Origin: an uncultured Clostridia bacterium
GTDB lineage: Bacteria > Bacillota > Clostridia > Christensenellales > UBA1242
Length of the DNA: 46,806 nucleotides
Assembly: GCA_946484195.1 (NCBI GenBank)
Contig: CAMLSW010000003.1
Location: 1-46,806 of the forward strand
Reading direction: 5' to 3'
The notes below the pieces were generated by a model, which was given only the letters and a program-made list of their open reading frames with translations, ran no database searches and was not told the origin of the DNA. Position numbers and translations under genes: made by a program. Below, one piece after another: positions 38,290 to 46,806 of the stretch (its first letter is position 1; each line of letters starts with the position of its first letter).

Positions 38290-38625
38290 GGGGTTGCTTA
38301 AAGAGTAAAGGTGTCAATGACACCTTTGATCGCCGATAGGCGCGTATTTTAGTTGCCAAAGGCAATTAAAAATACCCCTTAGAAATCCTAAAGCTTTGAA
38401 AAACCCCACACCAACCTTAGGTTGGACCAGTATCGTTTGTTGTATCTGATATTTGATTTTACCTTGGTCCGCCTGAGTATATCAAAGGGAAGAGGTGTCA
38501 TTGACACCCAAACTTAGTTTGCATCATTATCGTTTAGCGTATCTAAAGTTTTGCTATGATTTGGTCCACAAAAACATTAAAAATCATCCTCATTTGCGGG
38601 ACACAGATAGCGTGCCGCATTTTTT
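38290..38625 (+). repeat. Mosaic intergenic repeat array 4
   Basis: Two GGTGTC-N3-GACACC hairpins, CCAACC-TTA-GGTTGG, CAAAC-TTA-GTTTG, two N23 modules and an ATCATCCTC module. Confidence 0.88.
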
Positions 38626-38722
38626 GTGATAAAAATTAAACGAAGTACGTAAATTTGCTTGACAAAAAATGCGGGGGGGAGTAAAATAGGGTATCCAAAA
38701 TAAATTTTGGATACCCTATTTT
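38576..38722 (+). promoter_or_regulatory. Promoter cassette, copy 2
   Basis: TTGACA (38659) -17 bp with G7AG- TAAAAT (38682); 19-bp-arm inverted repeat at 38683-38722 directly before the RBS. Confidence 0.85.
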
Positions 38723-38737
38723 TAAAAGGAGAAAGAA

Positions 38738-40117
38738 ATGATTAAGGGAAATGTAAAAAACAGAATTGTTGGAGTTTTTCTTGCTTTGATTTTAATGATA
38801 AGCACATTAATTTTATTTGCTTGTGGAAAATCTGACAGCGAAGACCATTACAACATTGTTTTAACTAATGCCACCGTTCCACCAATGATGGCGACTCTTA
38901 GTTGTCTTGAGAGTGAAGATACTACATATATGTGGTATGGTAGACAACAAACTTTCACAAATCCATCAAAACTAGGATTTGAAATGCTAGAAAATAGCGA
39001 TGCTCCATCTACAGGGATATCATCACAAGCAATAGATGAAATCTCAAATATGGTATTAGACCTTTATATGCAAAACGAAAAGGTTACTTTTGACTTCTAC
39101 GTAACTGACTATGCGGTAGAAGCAGCTTTTAAAATATTTGTTGAGCAAAATATTCCTGAGGCTAACTATAACGTTCACCTTCTTGAAGATGGTGTAGGCT
39201 CTTACATTAGCTTTGAGGAGCTATACGGTTCTGAAACAGGATCCACAGCCTTTGAAGAGGATTTGGCGAACCTTGAGAACGTATTAAAAGAGGTTAAGGC
39301 TGGAACTTACAATTATACTGTAGACCAATACAATTATGATTTAACTTATGCTTATGCAACCTATGATAATGTCGATTACTGGCTACAATATCCTGAGTTC
39401 CTTGAGAGCGAGGACCAAGCTATGACTGAGGCTAAAGGGCAGTTAAATACAGTTAAATCAAGTCTTACACAAATGTTTAACTCTCTTTCTGAACAAGGGC
39501 AACAAACTTTCAAAGAGGCAGTCTTTGATACAGATTATGTTGATCCTATAATGAAACAAGACAACGGCAAAAAAACATTAGTTGTTTGCGGAACATCTTT
39601 CACAGGAGAAGAGTTTGGAAGTTTAACTGAAGGGCTTAAAAATGGTACTGTAGAGCAAAAATTTGAGAAGTTTTTCACTAAAATTCTGCAAGATTATCCT
39701 GATTATAATATTGTGATTAAGCCACATCCATCTTGGGGACTTGATGACCCAAATACCGATAGCAATGAAAAAGGTGCAGGCTGGACCTCTAACGATTGTG
39801 AAGGGGCATATCAAAGAAGAGTAGAATTTTGTCAAGAAAACAACATCAAAGTATTGCCTGGACAAGTTCCTATGGAAGTTCTAATATGGGCATATGGTGA
39901 TGATATAAAAATTGGTGGTTACTCATCTACACTTTATATGAACGCTGAACCTAATATGACGCTTTTCTTTATACTTGGTTCAAATGACTTTAGTGCTTTA
40001 GGACAACCATTGCCTAAATTAATTGAAAATGGTGCGCTTGGTGACAGTGTTAGAATTTATTATCCAAATGGCGATGAAGTGTTAAGTCAAGACTACGATT
40101 TTACTGCTGAGGTTTAA
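38738..40117 (+). CDS. Lipoprotein, putative GT80 (PM0188-like) sialyltransferase-family protein
   Basis: Lipobox LFAC; motifs NATVPP, LEDG, IKPHP, VPMEVL and IGGYSSTLY parallel the GT80 ASLP, YDDG, KGHP, (I/L)..EVL and GG..SS motifs. Confidence 0.65.
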   Translation: MIKGNVKNRIVGVFLALILMISTLILFACGKSDSEDHYNIVLTNATVPPMMATLSCLESEDTTYMWYGRQQTFTNPSKLGFEMLENSDAPSTGISSQAIDEISNMVLDLYMQNEKVTFDFYVTDYAVEAAFKIFVEQNIPEANYNVHLLEDGVGSYISFEELYGSETGSTAFEEDLANLENVLKEVKAGTYNYTVDQYNYDLTYAYATYDNVDYWLQYPEFLESEDQAMTEAKGQLNTVKSSLTQMFNSLSEQGQQTFKEAVFDTDYVDPIMKQDNGKKTLVVCGTSFTGEEFGSLTEGLKNGTVEQKFEKFFTKILQDYPDYNIVIKPHPSWGLDDPNTDSNEKGAGWTSNDCEGAYQRRVEFCQENNIKVLPGQVPMEVLIWAYGDDIKIGGYSSTLYMNAEPNMTLFFILGSNDFSALGQPLPKLIENGALGDSVRIYYPNGDEVLSQDYDFTAEV

Positions 40118-40119
40118 AT

Positions 40120-41268
40120 ATGGATTCTGCCAAAGAAAAATGTAGCCTGGTGGTGAAGAATATTAATAAGTATAACTATATATATATTTTAGGTTTATTA
40201 CTTGCGATTGCCAATATTTTAACTGTTTTTATTTTTAAAAATACAGCTATAAGAAACACTTACTACTTAAGGGTGCTTATGTTGGTTGCAGTGATTGTAT
40301 TTGCAGTTGCTATTATCGTTGACGGGGTATTATTTGTTATTGAGTATGTTAAAAACAGAACAAATAAAGTTATCTTTATCACAAGGTTGTCACTACTCGC
40401 GTCAGCTTTTGCTCTAAGTTTATACGCTATAATTAAATACAGCCTGGACAACAACATATATTTTTATCACATAAATCAAACTAATATTATATTCTTGTGC
40501 TGTATCTTCCTAGTTGTATGCAATATACTTTTAAAGATGAGCAAAGATTGGAAAAGCTTTATTTGTAGTGCGGTCACACTTTTGATTGTTGATATTGTAT
40601 CAATAGCCCTAATGATAGTCTATATTAGGGAGCGAAATGTTAATAGTGAAAATATAGCCTTGCTAATAGGACTGATTAGTTCACTACAATGTATATGCCT
40701 TAGTTATAATGATAAAGTGAGGTTTTGCATCACACACATTGGCATAGCTTTGGCAACGTTTATGTTTTTTGCTACTTTAGTGACAACTTGTATATCTCGA
40801 ACACTTTTTGATGTGCTTAATATGGTTAATTTCCTTTTAAGTTTTGCATCAATTATAATGATATCCTCTATTTTATATAGATTGCAAGAAAATGAAAATG
40901 TTGTACAGTTCATATTTAGAATACTTACGCTTGCATTGTTTTTAACTTCTTTAATTAGACTTGCGACTCACGATAATGCAGTTTTAGCGAAACTAGATGA
41001 AACGAGATTAATAATGTTTTCAGGTTTTGTTTCAGTTGCATTTACCTATCTAAAGGAATTTAAAAAGCCCTTGACTATTGGGTATATAGCAATCATAAGT
41101 GTTTTAAGTGTGGTTTGCCTTGCGGTTTTTGGTGCAAATAGAGCTCAAATAGATTTGGAACCATATTATATATTAACTTTGATTATAGTGTTTGTTATAA
41201 TTTCGTTAAACATAGTATATAGTAAACTAGTTAATCGAAAAAAGATAGTACAGATTGAAGAAGGTTGA
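40120..41268 (+). CDS. Polytopic membrane protein of unknown function
   Basis: About 12 hydrophobic segments; starts 2 nt after the lipoprotein gene. Confidence 0.8.
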   Translation: MDSAKEKCSLVVKNINKYNYIYILGLLLAIANILTVFIFKNTAIRNTYYLRVLMLVAVIVFAVAIIVDGVLFVIEYVKNRTNKVIFITRLSLLASAFALSLYAIIKYSLDNNIYFYHINQTNIIFLCCIFLVVCNILLKMSKDWKSFICSAVTLLIVDIVSIALMIVYIRERNVNSENIALLIGLISSLQCICLSYNDKVRFCITHIGIALATFMFFATLVTTCISRTLFDVLNMVNFLLSFASIIMISSILYRLQENENVVQFIFRILTLALFLTSLIRLATHDNAVLAKLDETRLIMFSGFVSVAFTYLKEFKKPLTIGYIAIISVLSVVCLAVFGANRAQIDLEPYYILTLIIVFVIISLNIVYSKLVNRKKIVQIEEG

Positions 41269-41288
41269 CGTTATGTCAGCCTTTTTTT
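41261..41288 (+). terminator. Intrinsic terminator
   Basis: AAGGTTGAC-GTTAT-GTCAGCCTT plus T-run. Confidence 0.7.
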
Positions 41289-41436
41289 ATTCTAATTTAT
41301 ATTTTTGAGTTCATTTTAGGCTAAAAACAAGGCATATAGATTAAGCTACTAAAGAGATTTTTAGATATGATATTAAACGTAGTTATGGTTGCTTTCAAAA
41401 AAAATAAAAAATTTTTAAAAAAATTGGCATAAATAG

Positions 41437-41465
41437 TTGACTATTTTTTGAAAAATGCATATAAT
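41437..41465 (+). promoter_or_regulatory. sigmaA promoter of the hrcA operon
   Basis: TTGACT-17 bp-TATAAT. Confidence 0.8.
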
Positions 41466-41469
41466 ATTG

Positions 41470-41496
41470 CTAGCACTTAAAGTTAGAGAGTGCTAA
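41470..41496 (+). promoter_or_regulatory. CIRCE element (HrcA operator)
   Basis: CTAGCACTT-N9-GAGTGCTAA versus consensus TTAGCACTC-N9-GAGTGCTAA. Confidence 0.95.
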
Positions 41497-41520
41497 AAAG
41501 TCGAAATCTAGAGGTTGTTT

Positions 41521-42519
41521 ATGGATTTATCTGAGCGCAAAAAGAAAATTCTTTGTATGGCGGTGGAGGAGTATATCAGGGATTGCTCTCCCATAACATC
41601 TGGAGGCATAAAGGATGTAACTTCGCTTAACTGCTCAACTGCGACATTGCGAAATGAGTTGAATGCGCTTGAAGCTATGGGATTTTTAAAGCAACTGCAC
41701 ACATCAGGTGGGCGAGTGCCAACTGCGCAGGGGTACCGCTACTATGTACAGCATTTACTTGAAGATGCCAACGCTTCAGAGAAAGAGCTGGATGAGGTTA
41801 AAGATTTAATCTCTTCTAAAACAAGCAGTTTAAATGAGCTTGTAAGTGGTATTGCAAAGATTGTTAGTAAAGCGACCAACTATCCAACCGTTGTTATGCT
41901 TGATGGCGTGGATAACTTAGTGCTAACTGATTTTAAGATTATTCCGCTACTTGAAGATAAAGTTATGGTGCTTATCGGAACGATTGCTGGGTACATCAAT
42001 CAAACGCTTGACATTCGTGCAAGTTATGAAGATTGCACAAACGCATCAAACTATTTAAATAAGCACTTTAAGGGTGAAACTATTGGCTTTATGATAGAGA
42101 ACATTGATGCTCTTGAAGAGGGTATGCACAGCGAAATCACGGCATTTGAAAATGTTGTCAATGGGCTGATAGATGGTCTTAAAAAACTTAATAGTCAAAG
42201 AATTTTAAATGTTAGGCGTGAGGGAAGTGCAAAGCTTCTTGAAAACAAAAACGATGTTGAGTCTGCAAAGAAAGTGCTTAATGTGCTTGATGATGAAAAT
42301 AAGTTATCATCGATAATAGAACTTGAAGGTAAGGGCGATATCGAGGTAACGGTGGCAGACGAAAACGAAAGTTGTTCGGTGGTTAAAGCGCCAATTAAGC
42401 TTGATGGACATCAACTTGCTTCAATTGGGGTTATAGGACCGCAACGAATGGACTATGCAGGGATAGCCTCTGCACTTAAGGTTGTAATTGATAACTTAAA
42501 CAACTTAAAAGGAGAATAA
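41521..42519 (+). CDS. hrcA: Heat-inducible transcription repressor HrcA
   Basis: STATLRNEL, HTSGGRVPT..GYRYYV and IGVIGPQRMDY; ATG 41521. Confidence 0.96.
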   Translation: MDLSERKKKILCMAVEEYIRDCSPITSGGIKDVTSLNCSTATLRNELNALEAMGFLKQLHTSGGRVPTAQGYRYYVQHLLEDANASEKELDEVKDLISSKTSSLNELVSGIAKIVSKATNYPTVVMLDGVDNLVLTDFKIIPLLEDKVMVLIGTIAGYINQTLDIRASYEDCTNASNYLNKHFKGETIGFMIENIDALEEGMHSEITAFENVVNGLIDGLKKLNSQRILNVRREGSAKLLENKNDVESAKKVLNVLDDENKLSSIIELEGKGDIEVTVADENESCSVVKAPIKLDGHQLASIGVIGPQRMDYAGIASALKVVIDNLNNLKGE

Positions 42520-43266
42520 ATGTTGGAAAGCGAAAATATTTCTCAGGATAACATTCATAAATGTAAATGTGGTGACTGCGATTGCGATAAGAATTGCGAC
42601 TGCGAGGATAAAGGCGATTGCAAATGCGATAAAGATTGTCATTGTGGCGAAAACTGCAACTGCTCTGATAACTGCACTTGCGGTGATGATTGCCATTGTG
42701 GTGAGGAGCATTGCAACGATGATTGCAAATGTGGCGAACACAAGTGTCATTGCGATGACAAACAAGATTGCGGTTGTCAAGACGGAGAATGCAATTGCGG
42801 CGATGAGTGTGAATGTGATGACTGCCAAAGTCAAAACACCAAAGACCAAAGTGTTGAATACTTGAATTTAGCAAAACAAATTCAAGCAGATTTTGAGAAT
42901 TTTAGAAGGCACGCTATTGAGGATATCAAACAAGCAAGGTTAAGTGGGCAGGAGTCGGTGATTAAGGTGTTTTTACCTTGCCTTGACACTTTTAAAGAGG
43001 CAAAAAAATCAATAACCGACGAAAATGTGCTTAAAGGCGTTGAAATGATAGAAAATAGCATCAATGGAGCGCTGAAGAGCCTTGGAGTTGAAAAGATGAA
43101 CTCAATAGGTGAAAAATATAATCCGCATTTGCACAACGTTATAGCCGTTATGCGTAATGAGGAACAAGATAACGATATCATTCTTGATGAATATCAAGCA
43201 GGATATAAATTTCACGATAAAGTAATTAGATATGCGAAAGTCATAGTCAATAAAAAGGAGGATTAG
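42520..43266 (+). CDS. grpE: Nucleotide exchange factor GrpE with Cys-rich N-terminal extension
   Basis: [18 protein letters not shown] and QAGY...VIRYAKVIV; operon position. Confidence 0.95.
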   Translation: MLESENISQDNIHKCKCGDCDCDKNCDCEDKGDCKCDKDCHCGENCNCSDNCTCGDDCHCGEEHCNDDCKCGEHKCHCDDKQDCGCQDGECNCGDECECDDCQSQNTKDQSVEYLNLAKQIQADFENFRRHAIEDIKQARLSGQESVIKVFLPCLDTFKEAKKSITDENVLKGVEMIENSINGALKSLGVEKMNSIGEKYNPHLHNVIAVMRNEEQDNDIILDEYQAGYKFHDKVIRYAKVIVNKKED

Positions 43267-43270
43267 AATT

Positions 43271-45103
43271 ATGGGAAAAATTATTGGAATTGACTTAGGA
43301 ACAACTAACTCGTGTGTAGCTGTTATGGAAGGCGGAAAACCAACCGTTATTGCCAACGCTGAGGGAGACCGTACTACACCTTCAGTTGTGGCATATACTA
43401 AAGAAGGAGAGAGACTTGTAGGTAAAGTTGCTAAGCGTCAAGCTATTGTAAATGCCGAAAACACCGTTCAGTCAATCAAACGTGAGATGGGTACCAACTA
43501 CAAAGTAAAGCTCAACGGCAAAGAGTACACACCTCAAGAGATTTCAGCAATGATACTTTCAAAGTTGAAAGCTGATGCAGAAAGTTATTTAGGGGGAGCA
43601 GTAACTCAAGCGGTTATTACAGTACCTGCTTACTTTAATGACTCTCAACGTCAAGCCACAAAGGATGCTGGTAAGATTGCCGGACTTGAAGTGCTTAGAA
43701 TTATCAATGAGCCGACAGCCGCAGCTTTAGCATATGGTCTTGACAAAGGCGAAAATGCCAACCAAAAAATATTAGTTTATGACCTTGGTGGTGGTACATT
43801 TGATGTATCTATTCTAGAAATAGGTGATGGCGTATTTGAAGTTCTTTCAACAAATGGTAATACAAGACTTGGCGGTGATGACTTTGATAATAGAATAATA
43901 GATCTTTTAGTTGAAGAATTTAAGAAGACAAACAATATTGACCTTTCAACCGATAAACTCGCAATGCAAAGACTCAAAGAGGCTGCAGAAAAGGCTAAGA
44001 TTGACCTTTCAGCAACTCCAAAGACTACAATTTCATTGCCATTCATCTCTGCTGATGCAACCGGTCCTAAACATATGGAGTATGAACTTACTCGTGCTAA
44101 ATTTGACTCGCTCACTGAAGACCTTGTAAAAGAGACCATAGACTGCACAGTAAGGGCTCTTGCAGATGCCAAACTTGACAAAAATCAAATAGACAAGGTT
44201 ATTTTGGTAGGTGGCTCAACTCGTATTCCAGCCGTTCAAGAAGCTGTTAAAAACTTTACAGGCAAAGATCCATATAAGGGTATCAACCCAGATGAATGTG
44301 TTGCTGTAGGTGCTGCAATTCAAGCAGGTGTACTTGGCGGAGAAGTTAAAGACGTTCTTCTTCTTGATGTAACTCCACTTTCTCTTGGTATTGAAACTTT
44401 AGGTGGTGTATTTACTAAACTTATTGAAAGAAATACAACTATACCAACAAGAAAATCTCAAGTTTTCTCTACCGCTGTAGACAATCAACCAGGTGTTGAT
44501 ATTCACGTACTACAAGGTGAGCGTGAGTTTGCAAATCAAAACAAAACTCTTGGAAGATTCCAACTTACCGATATTCCACCAGCACCAAGAGGTGTTCCAC
44601 AAATTGAAGTTACCTTTGATATAGATGCGAACGGCATCGTTAAGGTATCTGCTAAAGACCTTGGAACTAACAAAGAGCAAAACATTACAATCACCGCATC
44701 TTCAAACCTCAAGGAAGAGGATATTGAAAAGGCAATTAAAGAGGCGGAGGCTCACGCAGAGGAAGATAAGAAGCGTAAAGAGCTTGTAGAGACCAAGAAC
44801 CAAGGCGACAATCTTGTATACGGTCTTGAAAAGATGATTAAAGAGAATGGCGACAAACTTCAAGAAGAGGATAAGAAAAAGCTCGAAGAGGCTATTGAAA
44901 AAGCCAAAACTGATATGGCAAGCGAAGATATCGAAGTTGTCAAGAAGGCTATTGATGAACTTACCAATGTTTCAAACGGAATAGTAAGCAAGATGTATCA
45001 ATCAGCAAACCCTAACGGCAATAGTGATACTAATGCCAATGGAAATGGTGGCAGCGGAGATAATGGCGACCCTGAAGTTGTTGTAGATGATGACAATAAA
45101 TAG
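43271..45103 (+). CDS. dnaK: Chaperone DnaK
   Basis: [27 protein letters not shown] and DVTPLSLG. Confidence 0.99.
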   Translation: MGKIIGIDLGTTNSCVAVMEGGKPTVIANAEGDRTTPSVVAYTKEGERLVGKVAKRQAIVNAENTVQSIKREMGTNYKVKLNGKEYTPQEISAMILSKLKADAESYLGGAVTQAVITVPAYFNDSQRQATKDAGKIAGLEVLRIINEPTAAALAYGLDKGENANQKILVYDLGGGTFDVSILEIGDGVFEVLSTNGNTRLGGDDFDNRIIDLLVEEFKKTNNIDLSTDKLAMQRLKEAAEKAKIDLSATPKTTISLPFISADATGPKHMEYELTRAKFDSLTEDLVKETIDCTVRALADAKLDKNQIDKVILVGGSTRIPAVQEAVKNFTGKDPYKGINPDECVAVGAAIQAGVLGGEVKDVLLLDVTPLSLGIETLGGVFTKLIERNTTIPTRKSQVFSTAVDNQPGVDIHVLQGEREFANQNKTLGRFQLTDIPPAPRGVPQIEVTFDIDANGIVKVSAKDLGTNKEQNITITASSNLKEEDIEKAIKEAEAHAEEDKKRKELVETKNQGDNLVYGLEKMIKENGDKLQEEDKKKLEEAIEKAKTDMASEDIEVVKKAIDELTNVSNGIVSKMYQSANPNGNSDTNANGNGGSGDNGDPEVVVDDDNK

Positions 45104-45151
45104 TACTCAAATTTTAACTTGACCGAATAATATTGTTTTTTGGAAGGAAAA

Positions 45152-45493
45152 ATGAAGACAAAAAGTATCGATTATTTAGGCAAAGGTGTGCTTGTAAAAA
45201 TAGACCGACCGCTAGGATGCAAGCACCCTAAGCACAACTTCTATTACCCTGTAAACTATGGCTATATTCCTGGCACAATTTCTGGTGACGGCGAAGAGCT
45301 TGATGCCTATGTGCTTGGAGAATTTAAGCCACTTGAAGAGTTTAGAGGGCAGGTGAAGGCTATTATTCATAGAACAAATGATGACGATGATAAACTTGTT
45401 GTTATGGATAAGGACAAAAATTATACCGATGAGCAGATAAGGGCTTTGACAGAATTTCAAGAACAATATTTCGAAAGTGAGATAATAAGATAA
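45152..45493 (+). CDS. Short family-I-like inorganic pyrophosphatase
   Basis: YPVNYGYIP, GDGEELDAYVL and DDKLV motifs; ATG 45152 after AAGGA. Confidence 0.8.
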   Translation: MKTKSIDYLGKGVLVKIDRPLGCKHPKHNFYYPVNYGYIPGTISGDGEELDAYVLGEFKPLEEFRGQVKAIIHRTNDDDDKLVVMDKDKNYTDEQIRALTEFQEQYFESEIIR

Positions 45494-45518
45494 TATAATT
45501 ATAAAAAGTGAGTAATAT

Positions 45519-46637
45519 ATGGCAAACAAAGACTATTATTCAGTCCTTGGAGTTGACAAAGGGGCGAGTGATGATGAAATAAAGTCTGCATATCGTAGAC
45601 TTGCAAAGAAATATCACCCAGACCTCAATAAAACTCCAGAGGCGGCTGAAAAATTTAAGGATATAAATGAGGCGTATGAGGTATTAGGTGACCCTAAGAA
45701 GAGAGCAAATTACGACCAGTTCGGTTCTGCAGATGGCAATCCTTTTGGAGCAGGTGGCAACGCTGGTGGTGGTTTTAGCGAATTCTTTGGCGGTGGTGGT
45801 GGCTTTTCTGATATCTTTTCTGATATTTTCTCTGCTTTTGGTGGCGGAAGAAGCGAAAAGGCGAGGGTAAAAGGTCAAGATATAAATATCGCAGTAAACT
45901 TGACTTTTACTGAAGCTTGCTTTGGCGTAACCAAAAACATTACAATTGGAAGACTTGAAAAATGCTCTGCCTGCAAAGGTAGCGGTGCAAAGGATGGTAA
46001 AGAGTTTTCCGTGTGTCCTGAATGTAATGGAAGTGGCAGGGTAAGGTATCAACAGAACACCCTCTTTGGAACGACCATAAGAGAGGCTGGCTGTCCAAAA
46101 TGTAATGGTAGCGGAAAGATAATTAAAGAAAAGTGTAGTGTCTGCAATGGAAAAGGCGTTCAAAAGGTCAACAAGACCATTCAAGTTAAATTCCCTGCAG
46201 GTATAGACAACGGGCAAACGCTAAAGATGAGAGGGGAAGGCAATTCTCCTGCCGGCAACGGCGTAAATGGCGACCTTAATATTAAGATTACAGTAAGTCC
46301 TCATAAGATTTTGGTCAGAAAAGGTAATGACCTCTATCTTGACTTGTACTTGCCATTTACAACAACATTGCTTGGAGGTAAGGTTGAAATTCCAACCCTT
46401 GAAGGTAGTTACACTTTGACAATACCAGAGCTTACAGCAAGTGGTACTGTTATGAGGCTTAAAAACAAGGGCGTGAAGGAGCTTAACCGCGAATCTCGTG
46501 GTGACCTTCTTGTTACCATTAAGGCAGAAACTCCAAAGAGCCTTGATAAACAGACAAAAGCAAAATTAAATGAGCTTGCCGAAATGATTGGCGACAACTC
46601 TTATATAAAATATAATAATTTTTTAAAAAATAAATAA
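45519..46637 (+). CDS. dnaJ: Chaperone DnaJ
   Basis: J-domain HPD, G/F-rich region and four CxxCxGxG repeats. Confidence 0.98.
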   Translation: MANKDYYSVLGVDKGASDDEIKSAYRRLAKKYHPDLNKTPEAAEKFKDINEAYEVLGDPKKRANYDQFGSADGNPFGAGGNAGGGFSEFFGGGGGFSDIFSDIFSAFGGGRSEKARVKGQDINIAVNLTFTEACFGVTKNITIGRLEKCSACKGSGAKDGKEFSVCPECNGSGRVRYQQNTLFGTTIREAGCPKCNGSGKIIKEKCSVCNGKGVQKVNKTIQVKFPAGIDNGQTLKMRGEGNSPAGNGVNGDLNIKITVSPHKILVRKGNDLYLDLYLPFTTTLLGGKVEIPTLEGSYTLTIPELTASGTVMRLKNKGVKELNRESRGDLLVTIKAETPKSLDKQTKAKLNELAEMIGDNSYIKYNNFLKNK

Positions 46638-46806
46638 AAATTAAGCTTTTAACGATAAATTTTAAAAAATATTTACAAATTATGAATAAAAAACATAATT
46701 TGGCTAATAATATAATTGCTTTTAAACTCAAATAAACTTCTTTTAAAAAATATCTGACAAGTCGAGGTCAGATATTTTTTATTTGTTATAAATTTAAAAT
46801 ATTTTT

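Noticed and set aside
42476-42874. Alternative-frame and antisense ORFs over the grpE 5' end
   Set aside because: Shadows of the Cys-codon repeat; the grpE frame has the RBS and continues into the GrpE core.
1-46806. Autonomous mobile element, prophage, rRNA or tRNA genes
   Set aside because: No transposase, integrase, phage, rRNA or tRNA signatures were recognised; the other short antisense ORFs overlap well-supported genes.

Overview
Low-GC chromosomal segment of a spore-forming Clostridia-like Firmicute, with no transposase, integrase or cas gene visible. Gene order: a cell-wall/division cluster (ddl, murE, mraY, murD, ftsW/spoVE, murA, divIB, ftsA, ftsZ); spoIIGA-sigE-sigG; the str operon (rpsL, rpsG, fusA, an orphan ORF, tuf); sepF-lspA-rluD; two bPH-domain paralogs; a Cys-rich small protein; a 1438-aa surface protein; rplU-prp-rpmA; ylmC; nrdR; feoAB; a SpoVM-like peptide missed by the ORF track; a GT80 sialyltransferase-like lipoprotein with a membrane partner; and CIRCE-hrcA-grpE-dnaK-ppa-dnaJ. 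The most unusual content is intergenic. (1) Four co-oriented mosaic arrays combine TTA-loop hairpins with covarying stems and 13 copies of a TCGT-N23-TACCTTGGTCC module whose variable part is always 23 nt. (2) A 145-bp promoter cassette with a poly-G spacer is duplicated 35 kb apart ahead of unrelated exported proteins. (3) Two paralogous exported proteins share a second promoter/operator module. (4) A tandem ERIC-like MITE lies between rpsG and fusA. (5) Sequence-unrelated cloverleaf elements occur in the rpsL leader and at the feoB stop. All alignments and structures were made by eye; no database search was run.
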